The notes: generated by a model from the letters alone, not told the origin. Numbered from the stretch's first letter, positions 9,287 to 19,520 are shown. The stretch: DNA of 47,476 bases from Chloroflexota bacterium (GCA_026713145.1 JAPOPA010000248.1:1-47476), one strand, 5' to 3'. Made by a program: numbers and translations.

Positions 9287-10477
9287 CTATTGCCCGCGTA
9301 TTGGCTCGCCGGGGTCAGTCTTAGCCGTCACCTTCAGCGTCTTCAGCCGCCGTCCGACGGTAGAGACGACCTCGATGGTTAGGCTGTCGTAGGTCACCGT
9401 CTCGCCGATGGTGGGTATCTTGCCGAGGCGATGGTACACCAGTCCCCCCAGCGTATCGAAGCCGTCTGCCTCCACGACCACGTCGAGGCGGTCGCGGAGA
9501 TCGTCCAGGCTCGCGCGGGCGTCCATGATGTACTCGTTCTCAGCGACCTGCTCGATCTCCGGCTCGCCGGAGTCGAACTCGTCCTGGATCTCACCGACGA
9601 TCTCCTCCAGCAGGTCCTCGATAGTTACGATTCCCTCTGCCCCGCCGTATTCGTCGATGACGATCGCTATGTGGACACGAGTCTCCTGAAACTCGGTGAG
9701 CAACTCTTCCAGGGTCTTGGTCTCCGGGATGAAGATTGGCTCCCGGAGCATCTCATCCGTAAGCATGGTGGAATCATCCGACGGATCATTGAGGGTCTTC
9801 AGCAGGTCTCTCGCGTAGACCAGCCCCTCGATATGGTCGAGGGCCTCTCTGTAGACCGGCAGACGGCTGTGTCCCGACTCGATCATGCGGTCGACGACGT
9901 CTGAGATCGGAGTGCCTATTTCGACTGCCTCAACGTCCACGCGGGGCACCATGATTTCGCGTGCAATGGTCGTGTCCAACTCCACGACGCCGCGGATCAT
10001 CCGCATCTCGAACTCTTCGAGTGGCTCGCCATCATTGTCGACCGCCATGTTCAAGTCGGCCGCGAGAACGTCGCCGGGCGAGGGCGCTCCTGCCGCACCG
10101 TTGCCGTTTGCATCGACGCTCGTGCGACTCAGGACGAATTGCAGGACGCCTACGAGCACGAGACCCGATAGGGCCATTACCGTTACCGCAAACCAGTTCC
10201 CGTTCCACAGGAGGATGGCGAACGACGCGCTTGATACGACGGCGGCAGCAACGGCGACATACTTGATGATGGTCAGGCCAACTGCCGCGCCCATGGGAAG
10301 ACGATCAAGCATTCGAAGAATCGGCGAGCGAGGCGAGCGGGGCGCAACAGCCTGTTGGACACGTTCGAGGCGTTCCACGGCGGCAAGGCCGACCTCCGCG
10401 CGAACCGCGAGAGCGTATACGGCCAGTGAGAGCGCCACGAAGGCGAGCGGTATTAAGCTGCTACTGTCAGGGTCCAC
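9287..10477 (-). CDS. HlyC/CorC-family CBS-domain membrane protein
   Basis: N-terminal TM helices, motifs [16 protein letters not shown] and [25 protein letters not shown], then a C-terminal CorC domain. Confidence 0.92.
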   Translation of the reverse strand: MDPDSSSLIPLAFVALSLAVYALAVRAEVGLAAVERLERVQQAVAPRSPRSPILRMLDRLPMGAAVGLTIIKYVAVAAAVVSSASFAILLWNGNWFAVTVMALSGLVLVGVLQFVLSRTSVDANGNGAAGAPSPGDVLAADLNMAVDNDGEPLEEFEMRMIRGVVELDTTIAREIMVPRVDVEAVEIGTPISDVVDRMIESGHSRLPVYREALDHIEGLVYARDLLKTLNDPSDDSTMLTDEMLREPIFIPETKTLEELLTEFQETRVHIAIVIDEYGGAEGIVTIEDLLEEIVGEIQDEFDSGEPEIEQVAENEYIMDARASLDDLRDRLDVVVEADGFDTLGGLVYHRLGKIPTIGETVTYDSLTIEVVSTVGRRLKTLKVTAKTDPGEPIRGQ

Positions 10478-10495
10478 TGTTCTCGACTCTTCGTC

Positions 10496-11872
10496 CTATG
10501 AAGAGTCTTCTCCTCCGTCGCTGCTGCATTTCTTCTTCTTGTCCACGATTCTCGCGGGCACGCCGACCGCCAAAGCATCCGGCGGTACGTCCTTTGTCAC
10601 GACCGCTCCCGCCGCGGTCTGCGCGCCTTCGCCCACCTCAACTGGGGCTACTAACATGGTATCGCATCCGATGAAGGCCCCGTCGCCGATGCGCGTGGTT
10701 TGCTTGTTCACTCCGTCGTAGTTGACCGTCACGGTACCCGCCCCGATGTTTACGTCATCGCCAACCTCGGCGTCGCCAAGGTAGCTGAAATGAGCGGACT
10801 TTGAGTTTCGCCCCACTGTGCTCCGGTTCACTTCCGCGAAGTTGCCGAGCACCACGCCCTCGGCTATGTGGGAGCCCGGCCGTACGTGGGTGAACGGCCC
10901 GACGCTCACACTCGCCTCCAACTCCGATCCCTCGACAACCGACGACCACACCCTGCACTCGCTGCCGATCCGAGCGTCGTCCACGATGGTGTTTGGCCCG
11001 ATTTCACACCGTTCAGCAATGCTCGTTGCGCCCCTGATGTGCGTGTTTGGCAGGATGGACGAGTCCTGCCCGAGCGATACATCGGCGTCGATGTATACCG
11101 TTGAGGGGTCCGGCATGGTCACACCGTCCTTCATCCAGTGGAGGCGGATCCTCTCTCGCAGGATGGTCTCGGCCTCGGCGAGCTGGACCCGGTCGTTGAT
11201 GCCAAGCGCCTCCGAAGGGTCGGAGGCCTCGATCGACTCCGGCGGCCTTCCTTCCTGCACAGCAGTGGCGACGACGGCGGGAAGGTAGTATTCACCACCG
11301 TCCGACGGTTTCACCTTCTCCAACGCGTCCCAAAGCCACGGCCCATTGAAGCAGTAGGACCCTACGTTGACCTCTCCGATTGCCTTGGTCGACTCGTCCG
11401 CGTCCCTCTCCTCGACAATCTCCGCTATCGTGCCATCGGTGTCGCGAACGACCCTGCCGAGACCGGGCATGTCAATGCTGGCCGTCAGAAGCGTGGCGCA
11501 GGCGTCACGAGCTTCGTGATGCTCGAGCAGGCTGCGCAGCGTCTCAGGCCGCACGAGGGGAACATCGCCGTTCAGCACGGCGACTGTCCCTACACCACGA
11601 AGGAGGTCCTTCGCCTGTAGCACGGCGTGACCCGTACCCAGCGTGTCGGACTGAACGGCGTAGTCGACGGTGTCGGTAAGGAGATCGCGAACGGCTGCAT
11701 GGTTCGTGGGAGAGACGATGACAACAAATCGGTCGTAACCGGCTCCCTTCGCGGCGTCCACGACGTGACGCACCAGTTCCTTCCCGCAGATCCTATGAAG
11801 GACCTTGGAGAGCCCCGACCTCATGCGGACGCCCTTGCCGGCGGCGAGAATAACTGCGGCCTTAGTAGACAT
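10496..11872 (-). CDS. glmU: Bifunctional UDP-GlcNAc pyrophosphorylase / glucosamine-1-phosphate acetyltransferase
   Basis: Motifs ILAAGKGVRMRS, LGTGHAV, NGDVPL, GEYYL, hexapeptide repeats, HFSYLGDA, NYDG. Confidence 0.96.
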   Translation of the reverse strand: MSTKAAVILAAGKGVRMRSGLSKVLHRICGKELVRHVVDAAKGAGYDRFVVIVSPTNHAAVRDLLTDTVDYAVQSDTLGTGHAVLQAKDLLRGVGTVAVLNGDVPLVRPETLRSLLEHHEARDACATLLTASIDMPGLGRVVRDTDGTIAEIVEERDADESTKAIGEVNVGSYCFNGPWLWDALEKVKPSDGGEYYLPAVVATAVQEGRPPESIEASDPSEALGINDRVQLAEAETILRERIRLHWMKDGVTMPDPSTVYIDADVSLGQDSSILPNTHIRGATSIAERCEIGPNTIVDDARIGSECRVWSSVVEGSELEASVSVGPFTHVRPGSHIAEGVVLGNFAEVNRSTVGRNSKSAHFSYLGDAEVGDDVNIGAGTVTVNYDGVNKQTTRIGDGAFIGCDTMLVAPVEVGEGAQTAAGAVVTKDVPPDALAVGVPARIVDKKKKCSSDGGEDSS

Positions 11873-11880
11873 CGCCCTTA

Positions 11881-12009
11881 GAAACGACAAACGCCCGACG
11901 CGCAATCGAAGTCTCGCGCCAGGCGCTCTCAGCGGCTATGGTCTTGCTTCTGTCCTCTTCGTCGTCCACCGTTCGGGCCATGCTACCACCGTGCGTTTGG
12001 GCGGGTCAA
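11881..12009 (-). promoter_or_regulatory. Putative glmU promoter plus leader hairpin
   Basis: TTGACC, 18 nt, TAGCAT (12009-11980). A 13-bp hairpin with G-U pairs (11890-11927) and a U-rich tail lie just before the SD. Confidence 0.4.
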
Positions 12010-12093
12010 CCGGACTCAGAGTCGGATCAAGATCAGCGAAACTTAATCCCTAAGGCGAAACGCCCTACAAGCTGTTTAGTGGCTAGGTGACCG

Positions 12094-12501
12094 CTACTCC
12101 TCTTTGCTACGCTCGCCCTTGCCGGGGCCAAGCTCAGCACGCGCCTTACCTTCCGGGAGTATGAGCATAACGCCCCCCAACAGGATGCTTCCGATAATTA
12201 AGACCACGGCGATCTCTCCCAGTACGGCGGCTATCGGAATCGACAAGGCGAGGCAGACCGCAGTGTAGCCGATGACGACTCTGATACGCCCATTAGAGGG
12301 GCTGGCAAAGCGCGGACGTGAGGGGAGACTTCTCAGTTCTTCGCTCACCCTCGCCTCCACTCGGGCGTCGATGGTGTCCTGCACCCGTTCCAGGAACGAC
12401 TCGATGACCTCGTCTTCGTGGTCTAAACCAAGTTCCTGTCGGGCCTTTACGGCCACCCTAAGCTCTTCATCGACATCGACTGACGTGTCTTGCTGTCGCA
12501 T
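12094..12501 (-). CDS. hypothetical membrane protein
   Basis: Charged helical N-terminus and two C-terminal hydrophobic segments. GGAG SD. Confidence 0.75.
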   Translation of the reverse strand: MRQQDTSVDVDEELRVAVKARQELGLDHEDEVIESFLERVQDTIDARVEARVSEELRSLPSRPRFASPSNGRIRVVIGYTAVCLALSIPIAAVLGEIAVVLIIGSILLGGVMLILPEGKARAELGPGKGERSKEE

Positions 12502-12675
12502 TTGCTTTCTCCCTCTCGGTCGTGGGGCTGCAATACGTCATGGTGTAAGCACGGTAGGATGGAAGCATATTCCTAATTCGCTGTCAATGGTGCGCGAGGG
12601 GGACGGCCAAGAGAGATGGCGTTGCAGGAGGGCGGGAGGAACTAGGCTCAAGCCGGTACCACAAGGAACCAAGAA

Positions 12676-13245
12676 TCAACTGGAGAAACTCTCAACAACG
12701 AACTGTATGCGCATTTCGGGCACCGCTAGCACGACATACGACGGCAGTCCCAACCGACGCCAGAAATCCATCGGTTGGACACCACCTACGCTTGCCGTGA
12801 AGAGCGTCATGACGGTTCCGTGAGTCACCACAATGCTGTCCGCGTGCGCTGCCTCGAGCACCTTTTCGATTGTTACGGAAAACCTCTCGCGAGACTGTTC
12901 GGCAGTCTCCTTTCCCAGTACAAGTCGGTCGGGACAGCGGAAGAACCGCTCGACTGCTTCCTCGAATTCCTCCTTTGACGGCAGGAAGGGAACGTTTTCC
13001 CTGTGGTGCTCCTCCAACCCGTCTGCGATCTTGACCGGTACTCCGAAATCGCTTGCGAGAATCTGTGCGGTTTCGATTGCCTTCGGCTCTCTGCTTGACC
13101 AGATCACAGCAGGTCTGAACTCCCTGAGCCTGGCTGCCAGCAACACGGAGCGGCGACGACCGACCTCGCCAAGATTCCATGCGGATGCGGGCTTATCAGG
13201 CTCTATCTCGGGCATCGAGTGTTTTACGAGCACGAGTCTACTCAT
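12676..13245 (-). CDS. Histidine phosphatase (phosphoglycerate mutase-like) family protein
   Basis: LVLVKH (RHG-like), SS..KAIETA, GLEE, VVTHG. Confidence 0.85.
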   Translation of the reverse strand: MSRLVLVKHSMPEIEPDKPASAWNLGEVGRRRSVLLAARLREFRPAVIWSSREPKAIETAQILASDFGVPVKIADGLEEHHRENVPFLPSKEEFEEAVERFFRCPDRLVLGKETAEQSRERFSVTIEKVLEAAHADSIVVTHGTVMTLFTASVGGVQPMDFWRRLGLPSYVVLAVPEMRIQFVVESFSS

Positions 13246-13257
13246 GGGGTACTCTTA

Positions 13258-14055
13258 TTAGGCGACACCGGACAACGGGTGTCCCCAGGTAATGTTAGAC
13301 ACCATTTCCAAGCTGAGTCTATGTCTGCGTACGTAGGGAGAAATGAGATCCCTGACAGCAGCATCGAACTTCTCGGCCGACTCCTGACCCATACGCTGCC
13401 TTGAGAATCCGGTACGGGCGTGAAGCAGGTCGACATACCGTTCGAGACTCATTTGGTGCTTTGTAGGTGTCGTCCGTCTTCTAGCCGCAACCGAAAAGAG
13501 GTTTCGGTGCTCAAGCTGATCGATCACATTGAAGGATCCTCGGTCTCCGCTGGTCGAATAGGTCCGCAGAATCGCCTTGAGGTCGTCAACCCAGGGCGCA
13601 TCGATCTCGTGCCCACCAACGATTGCCAGGTAGCCGCTGTCGGATAGGGCACCGGCCATCCGAGGCAGCACGTCGTACCAGTCCATCCAGTGGAGGCTTG
13701 CGCCGGCTACGATAAGACTGTACCGCGATTCAAATGGGAAGTCTTCCGCGCTCCGGCAGACCCACCTGATGTTCGGTCGGTCGCCACCTTTGCGGGCTTT
13801 ACCTATCTCGATCATGGCCGCCGATTGGTCCACCGCGTCAACTCGATCCACAAAGGCCGCCAGTGGCCTAGCCAATTCTCCAGTGCCACACCCAATATCC
13901 AATACAGTTCGCGTTTCGTCCTGTATCAGGCTTTGAAGAACCTCGAAGACCTCCGCCGGATAGGGGGGATAGTTGACGTAGGCCTCGGCCATGCTCCGGT
14001 CTTTGAACTGGTCAGCGTATTCCCGCCCGAGATGATTGGGCTTTTGGTGAGTCAT
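13258..14055 (-). CDS. Class I SAM-dependent methyltransferase
   Basis: Motifs VLDIGCGTG, AVDQSAAM, SLHWMD. Confidence 0.9.
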   Translation of the reverse strand: MTHQKPNHLGREYADQFKDRSMAEAYVNYPPYPAEVFEVLQSLIQDETRTVLDIGCGTGELARPLAAFVDRVDAVDQSAAMIEIGKARKGGDRPNIRWVCRSAEDFPFESRYSLIVAGASLHWMDWYDVLPRMAGALSDSGYLAIVGGHEIDAPWVDDLKAILRTYSTSGDRGSFNVIDQLEHRNLFSVAARRRTTPTKHQMSLERYVDLLHARTGFSRQRMGQESAEKFDAAVRDLISPYVRRHRLSLEMVSNITWGHPLSGVA

Positions 14056-14067
14056 GGAGTGGTTTCC

Positions 14068-14802
14068 TTACTCAGAATCCGACTCTTCTTCCGGACGGGG
14101 CCTACTCTTCAACAGTCCGTGTATCCACGTGGCGGTGACGGAAGCGACCTCAGTCAACGTGTCCTCCCTCGTCCTGTCGGACTCACTTGGGAGATCGTAG
14201 AAATGGTCTGCACCATCGACAACATGCAGGGTAGCTCCACTCCCCAGTCCATCGAGCACGGGTCGAAGCTCGTTAAGGTCGGCGAACTTCTCGTCCCGGC
14301 CGCCCTGGACGAACAGCATCGGAACGGATACGTGCCGAAGGTGGGCAACGGTGTCGTCCAGCAAGTTCCGCCAGCGCATCGGGAAGACGTACAGCACGAC
14401 GCCTCTGACTTCGCGCCAATGCTCGCGCGACAGGGCAAGCGAGACGACCTGGCTGCTCATCGAACGTCCTCCAAGGAACATCGGGAGGCCGAGCGACAAT
14501 GCATTTGCGGCTCTCATCGCAGAGCCTGTCGTCGCGAGAAGGACTTCGAGCGGATCGATCAGTTCCGGAGAGTAGTCAGTCATACCCTCGCTGTAGGGAT
14601 AGTTGTACCGGAAGGTCGCCACCCCTTGCCGGGCAAGCGCTTCGCACAACTCGACCATATGCGGCTTGTGTATCGGGGTTCCGGACCCGTGTCCCAAGAC
14701 CATCACCGCAAGGGCTTCATCCGGCTGCACCAGAAAAGTCGTGACTTCCGGGCCGACGGGAGTCGCAAGCATCTTGCTTTCCGTAACCCTAAACTCTGTC
14801 AT
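14068..14802 (-). CDS. Alpha/beta hydrolase family protein
   Basis: Motifs LGHGSG, GGRSMS (nucleophile elbow), QGGRD and GADH. Probable start MTEFRV at 14802. Confidence 0.85.
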   Translation of the reverse strand: MTEFRVTESKMLATPVGPEVTTFLVQPDEALAVMVLGHGSGTPIHKPHMVELCEALARQGVATFRYNYPYSEGMTDYSPELIDPLEVLLATTGSAMRAANALSLGLPMFLGGRSMSSQVVSLALSREHWREVRGVVLYVFPMRWRNLLDDTVAHLRHVSVPMLFVQGGRDEKFADLNELRPVLDGLGSGATLHVVDGADHFYDLPSESDRTREDTLTEVASVTATWIHGLLKSRPRPEEESDSE

Positions 14803-15022
14803 AAGTGTTCCGCTACAAGGGCCAATCAGGTATCGACGAGACAATTGATGATACCAAGAACCCAAGACCTGAGTGCTGGATTTGTCCCACGACCGGTTCT
14901 CATGAAGCAGATCGGACACTCCCGTGCTCACAGCAAAATTGTCGGTTCTGCTATCATGCGCAAACACCGCCGCAACACCACCAGCCAGAGCAGTCAATCA
15001 CTGCGAAGTACGGAGATACCCC

Positions 15023-16081
15023 ATGCCCAGCATCGAAATCCTAGACACCGGAAGAATTGACGAGCGAGACTCCGCCTTCCCGCAGGCCGCCCAACTTCCG
15101 AACGGCGACATCCTGTGCTCGTTCAACGTCGGGGGCGGCGCGCACGTCACCGGCGGCACCGACTGGGCCCGCTCCACGGACGGCGGCAGGACGTGGAACG
15201 TCGAAGGCACGATCGTCCCCAGAGTCGGCAACGCCACCAGCGCCCTGAAGCTCAGCATTTCCGCGGACGGCAAGACGGTCTACGCCTACGGTTCACGGAG
15301 CTACCGCGAAGAGGGTGGCCGCTTCGGCGAGGGCCACAACGAGCCGATACTCTGCACGTCCACGGACGGCGGGCGCACGTGGTCCGACCCGGCGGTCGTC
15401 CCGATGATGGGCTACTCCCCGCTGGAGATATCGCACGGAGCGTTGGCCCTGCAGTCCGGTCGCCTGCTCGGGCCGGGCGCCACCCTGGAATCGCAGGACA
15501 AGCTGGGCAGGCTGGTGATAGCAGCAGTGTCGGACGACGGCGGGCAGACGTGGCCCCGTCACACCACGGTCTTCGAGGACCCCGACGGCGTCCACGGCTA
15601 CTTCGAGCAGAAGCTGGCCGAGGTCGAGCCGGGCCTGCTGATCGCCACATGCTGGACCGTCGTCATGGACGGCGTCAAGGACATCGACGACCACTTCACC
15701 ATCTCGCGTGACGACGGCCTCACGTGGAGCAGGCCGAATCCTACCGGCGCCATGGGTCAAACCATGACCCCCATCCCGCTCGGAGGCGACCGGCTGCTCG
15801 TGCTCTACAACCGTCGTTACGGACAGCAGGGCGTCATGATGAATCTTGTCACCTTCACCGACGATACGTGGACTGTCCACTACGAAGGGATGATGTACGA
15901 CCCCAACTCGACAGCCGAGAGGCCGGAGGACATCGAGTCCGGCGTGGAGACCTTCTCAGGCTTCCAGTTCGGCTTCCCGACGGCCATCAGATTGCAGGAC
16001 GGCGCGTACCTCGCGACCCACTGGTCGCACGAGGGTGGCCGCTTCGGCATCCGCTGGACTCGCCTGCGCATCGACTGGTAG
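15023..16081 (+). CDS. Sialidase-like / BNR Asp-box beta-propeller protein
   Basis: Four Asp boxes (STDGGRTW twice, SDDGGQTW, SRDDGLTW). GGAG SD before the ATG at 15023. Confidence 0.88.
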   Translation: MPSIEILDTGRIDERDSAFPQAAQLPNGDILCSFNVGGGAHVTGGTDWARSTDGGRTWNVEGTIVPRVGNATSALKLSISADGKTVYAYGSRSYREEGGRFGEGHNEPILCTSTDGGRTWSDPAVVPMMGYSPLEISHGALALQSGRLLGPGATLESQDKLGRLVIAAVSDDGGQTWPRHTTVFEDPDGVHGYFEQKLAEVEPGLLIATCWTVVMDGVKDIDDHFTISRDDGLTWSRPNPTGAMGQTMTPIPLGGDRLLVLYNRRYGQQGVMMNLVTFTDDTWTVHYEGMMYDPNSTAERPEDIESGVETFSGFQFGFPTAIRLQDGAYLATHWSHEGGRFGIRWTRLRIDW

Positions 16082-16192
16082 GGAGTTCTGGGGGTACGAC
16101 CTTAACGCCCTCTCTGCTTGCACTCTAGACGGGCTTCCACCCTTGGCCGTCTGCGCGCATTCCCGAAATCCGTTTTCCCGTTCCGTGCGTAG

Positions 16193-16211
16193 TACATAGT
16201 AGAGCCATGTA
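16193..16211. promoter_or_regulatory. Putative PadR autoregulatory operator
   Basis: Imperfect palindrome TACATAG-N5-CCATGTA about 45 nt upstream of padR. Confidence 0.5.
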
Positions 16212-16256
16212 GCTTCCCATTATTTCTGATGTTGTGGCTTTCCGGAGGGACTCGCT

Positions 16257-16622
16257 ATGACGACTACCACGTATGGACTGGATGTGTATCGGCGGGAATT
16301 GTTGAAGGGGAGCACCGAGACCCTCATACTGTCGCTCCTCTCGGGCCAGGAGATGTACGGCTACCAGCTCGCCAAGGAAATGGAGCAAAGGAGCGGAGGA
16401 TACTTCCACCTCAAAGAGGGTACCCTGTATCCCGCCCTGCACAGACTGGAGCGCGACGGTCTTATCGAGGGGCACTGGGAGCTGTCCGAAACGGGCCAGA
16501 GTCGTCGGTACTACCGAGTCAGCGCCCAGGGCAAGCACCGCCTCGACGCCATGGTCGCCGAGTGGAACACCTTCTCCGAAGCGGTGAACCGGATAGCCCG
16601 GCCTGTCGCTGTCCCCGCTTAG
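16257..16622 (+). CDS. PadR-family transcriptional regulator
   Basis: Motifs ELLKGS, MYGYQL, EGTLYPALHRLE, RRYY. GGAGG SD. Confidence 0.93.
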   Translation: MTTTTYGLDVYRRELLKGSTETLILSLLSGQEMYGYQLAKEMEQRSGGYFHLKEGTLYPALHRLERDGLIEGHWELSETGQSRRYYRVSAQGKHRLDAMVAEWNTFSEAVNRIARPVAVPA

Positions 16623-16847
16623 GGAAATGAGGCTCCGCTCTCTAAAGTCCGTGCAGCCGGAGATCTGCGGGTGGCAGACCTTGGCCCATCCTCAAACTTG
16701 ACTCAACCGGATAAAAGCGAGAACCTTTTGTGCGGATCGGCCCGTTGCGCGGGCATGTCGAGGAAATGACCACAAGGTAGCTGAACACCCCTCCAACAGA
16801 GCTAGATGACTCGCGTGGAGGGTGTACCCACAGGTTAGGAGCGGCTC

Positions 16848-17039
16848 ATGATGAAACATGCCAATTCTGGAGACGCCAAGTTCGGCGCCCTCGTGGGAGC
16901 TATCCTCGGCGGCATGATCGGCTTTGCTTTGTCACCTGTGATAGGCACCGTCATTGGGGTCGTACTGGGAGCCGTAGTCGGCGCTGTCCTTGGCGCCTTC
17001 GCAAGGGTTATCGGCATGCCTCCGATTTGGTGGTCATGA
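16848..17039 (+). CDS. Small glycine-zipper membrane protein
   Basis: 63 aa with repeated GxxxG. AGGAG SD. Confidence 0.6.
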   Translation: MMKHANSGDAKFGALVGAILGGMIGFALSPVIGTVIGVVLGAVVGAVLGAFARVIGMPPIWWS

Positions 17040-17196
17040 CGGCTCTCCAGGGCACTCCTCGCGCTCCGGGCGGTACCCACCCCTTTGAGATTGGTGATTG
17101 AATCGCCAACCCTCGCCACTGGCCCCTTTTCGTCGCGGGACACTCGCCGTGATATGATGCGCCGATACCGGCTGTCCAGAGAGGTGTCGGCGTACC

Positions 17197-18075
17197 GTGC
17201 AGGGAAACAAGCGGGTATCCATCGTCACCGACAGCGCAGCGTCTCTGCCCGCGCAATTGGCGGACAAGTCCGACCAGTACCTACACGTCGTTCCCCACCA
17301 GATGGTCATCAACGGCGCCACGTATCGCGAAGGGCTTGATCTCTCGCCAGAGGACTTCTATGAGACCCTGCGAAGGCTGAAGCGTCCGCCTGCCACCTCA
17401 GGACCTTCCCCCGAACAGTTCGCCAGGGCATTCGAAGCGGCTTCAACAGTCAGCGACAGCGTGGTCTGCCTCGTCCTCTCCTCGAAGTTCAGCATGACCT
17501 ACGAATCTGCCGTTCTCGGCGCACGCGATGTCTCGAAGAGGCTGCCTGAAACGAACATCGAGGTGATCGACACCGAGAGCGCCACCGGCTCCGGCCTCAT
17601 GGTCATCGAGGCCCTCCGGCTTTCGGCCCGAGGCAAAACTGCCGACGATATCGTTCGGCGGACGAAGGAACTCGTGCCGCGCGTTAGGGTTATCGCCACG
17701 CTCGATACGCTCTACTACCTCCAGAAGGGCGGGCGAGTGCCCGTGCTGGCCCATCTGGGAACGTCCCTGTTGCAGGTCAAACCGATCTTCGAGATGTATC
17801 GCGGCGAAGTGAGCACGATAGCCAAGGTGCGCACCGCAAAGAGAGCGAAGGGAAAGCTCGTCGACCTGCTCCACGAGGACGTGGGCGAGGACCTGCTCCA
17901 CGCGGCCGTCCTGCAGGGCAACGTCCCCGACGAGGCCCAGGAGCTTGAGGAGCGCATCGAATCCGAGTTCAACTGTGCCGAGCTCTACGTCGGTACTTTT
18001 TCCCCCGTGATTGGCGCGCACACAGGGCCGGGACTCCTCGGCGTGTCCTACTGGTCGGAGAGCGAGACGGCTTGA
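17197..18075 (+). CDS. DegV-family fatty-acid-binding protein
   Basis: Motifs IVTDSA, TSGPSP, LSSKFS.TY, YLQKGGR, VKPI, VIGAHTGPG. Confidence 0.93.
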   Translation: MQGNKRVSIVTDSAASLPAQLADKSDQYLHVVPHQMVINGATYREGLDLSPEDFYETLRRLKRPPATSGPSPEQFARAFEAASTVSDSVVCLVLSSKFSMTYESAVLGARDVSKRLPETNIEVIDTESATGSGLMVIEALRLSARGKTADDIVRRTKELVPRVRVIATLDTLYYLQKGGRVPVLAHLGTSLLQVKPIFEMYRGEVSTIAKVRTAKRAKGKLVDLLHEDVGEDLLHAAVLQGNVPDEAQELEERIESEFNCAELYVGTFSPVIGAHTGPGLLGVSYWSESETA

Positions 18076-19469
18076 CCGAGAACGTCATCCTCCAATTGAC
18101 CGACCTCCTCACCACGCGGCGGTGTGCACTACGCATCGATCCGCCCGACCTCGATCTGACGCTCGACCTGCTCTTCGACAAGTACCTCAAACACCCACCG
18201 CTGGAAACTCTGCGCCGCGAACGCCGCATCGCCGCCGACTCCGAAGAGACGCTCACCGCAATCCAGGACCTCGTCTATATTTCGTCCGACTCCGGCGCCC
18301 TCAACGACATCTTCGGGGGCGTCGAGTTCCTCCAAGACGGTCGTTTCTTGGACGCCCCGGACACACCACACGCAGAACCGGTCACCATCGGCGAAAAGGA
18401 TGCCCTCGTCGTTGACCTGCAGATCGACCGCACCGGCGTCGGGTACGACCGCAACTGGGCCGGCTTCCAGCGGCGGCGATGGGATAGACACTCCGACTTC
18501 TTCACCGGCTTCGTTGCCGAGACTGTAGGAGGGCAGTTCGGGGCAGAATGTGCGAAGCGCATCACCAACCCCGAATCGACGCACGACAAGCATGACTTGA
18601 TCAACGCCCTCGCCCTCCGGATCTGGGAAGCCGACTTCGAAAACTACTCCCGTTTCACCGGGCGCAAGCTGGTCTTCAAGTCGGGAGACGAGACCGTGCT
18701 CAATATCGCCGAAGGACGCGGCGGCATCTGCTCCGAAAAGGTGCAGGCGCTGAAATTCCTTACCGATCAGTACGGCCTGGAGTCCGAGTATGTACTTTCC
18801 GGGCCTGCCACACCCGAACCCGTGCCCGAAGACCGCCTTCGACAACTGCTGGACACATTCGACTTCCGATTCTCCAAACGGTTCATGCGCTACTGGCAGC
18901 ACCTGGCGCTCCTGTACAGGTTCGACGGCATGGAGCTTCTCGTCGACGCGACCAACGGCAACGTTCCTTTTCTCTTTATTTCCGGCCCTGAGGCGCAGGA
19001 AGTCTTGGGATACGACGCAAAGCGCCCCGTACCCGTTCGCATGGCCGTGAAGGACGAGGACTTCTACTACCACCGTATCTCGCAGGACATCGTCGAGAAC
19101 ATGATCTTCGCGATGGAAGGGTGGATTCCCTACGTCGACCTCGTGCAGGTCTTCGACAACGAGCTGGGCCTGTGCATCACCAAGGACTACATGGTCGCGC
19201 CGGTCGTCTTTAGAACTGAAAAGACTTTCGATACAATAAGGCGCGAGTATCTTCGCGTATGTAATGAGGCGGGGCTTCCCTGCGAGGTCTCCGACGAGTG
19301 GGGCTTCATGGGACCGCACGGCGAGGCGTTCGCGGTGGACGAGCCGGAGAAGGTCGAGTACATCCTTGACTCGTACGACCACCTCCTCGACAGGTACGAT
19401 GAGGCCCACGGCCCGGGGCACGAAGCGGGCTTGGCGGTCATACGACTAGCGAGTTCGTCATTGGTATGA
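18072..19469 (+). CDS. hypothetical protein with transglutaminase/arylamine N-acetyltransferase-like Cys-His-Asp triad
   Basis: GRGGICSEK ... YWQHLALL ... LLVDATNG. TTGA overlap with degV. Confidence 0.7.
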   Translation: MTENVILQLTDLLTTRRCALRIDPPDLDLTLDLLFDKYLKHPPLETLRRERRIAADSEETLTAIQDLVYISSDSGALNDIFGGVEFLQDGRFLDAPDTPHAEPVTIGEKDALVVDLQIDRTGVGYDRNWAGFQRRRWDRHSDFFTGFVAETVGGQFGAECAKRITNPESTHDKHDLINALALRIWEADFENYSRFTGRKLVFKSGDETVLNIAEGRGGICSEKVQALKFLTDQYGLESEYVLSGPATPEPVPEDRLRQLLDTFDFRFSKRFMRYWQHLALLYRFDGMELLVDATNGNVPFLFISGPEAQEVLGYDAKRPVPVRMAVKDEDFYYHRISQDIVENMIFAMEGWIPYVDLVQVFDNELGLCITKDYMVAPVVFRTEKTFDTIRREYLRVCNEAGLPCEVSDEWGFMGPHGEAFAVDEPEKVEYILDSYDHLLDRYDEAHGPGHEAGLAVIRLASSSLV

Positions 19470-19496
19470 AAGTAACCGACAAAGACCCTATACCGG

Positions 19497-19520
19497 CATT
19501 CCCGCGATGGTGGGAATCCA
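19497..19520. repeat. ATTCCC..GGGAAT REP-like palindrome (second copy at 46646-46669)
   Basis: CATTCCCGCGATGGTGGGAATCCA versus CATTCCCACACAAGCGGGAATCCA. Confidence 0.6.

Noticed and set aside
11915-11930. AGCGCCTGG upstream of glmU resembling the glmS ribozyme cleavage site
   Set aside because: The downstream ribozyme core is missing and there is too little space before the ATG. The motif is one arm of a simple hairpin.
13690-15060. 456-aa plus-strand ORF, and other long antisense ORFs (6234..7469, 18129..19421, 9885..10721, 45552..46670, 43251..44126)
   Set aside because: Shadow frames opposite well-supported genes in GC-rich DNA, with no recognisable motifs.
16720-16734. GAAC...GTGC as a possible LexA box
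   Set aside because: The spacer is 5 nt rather than 4 and the right half mismatches GTTC.
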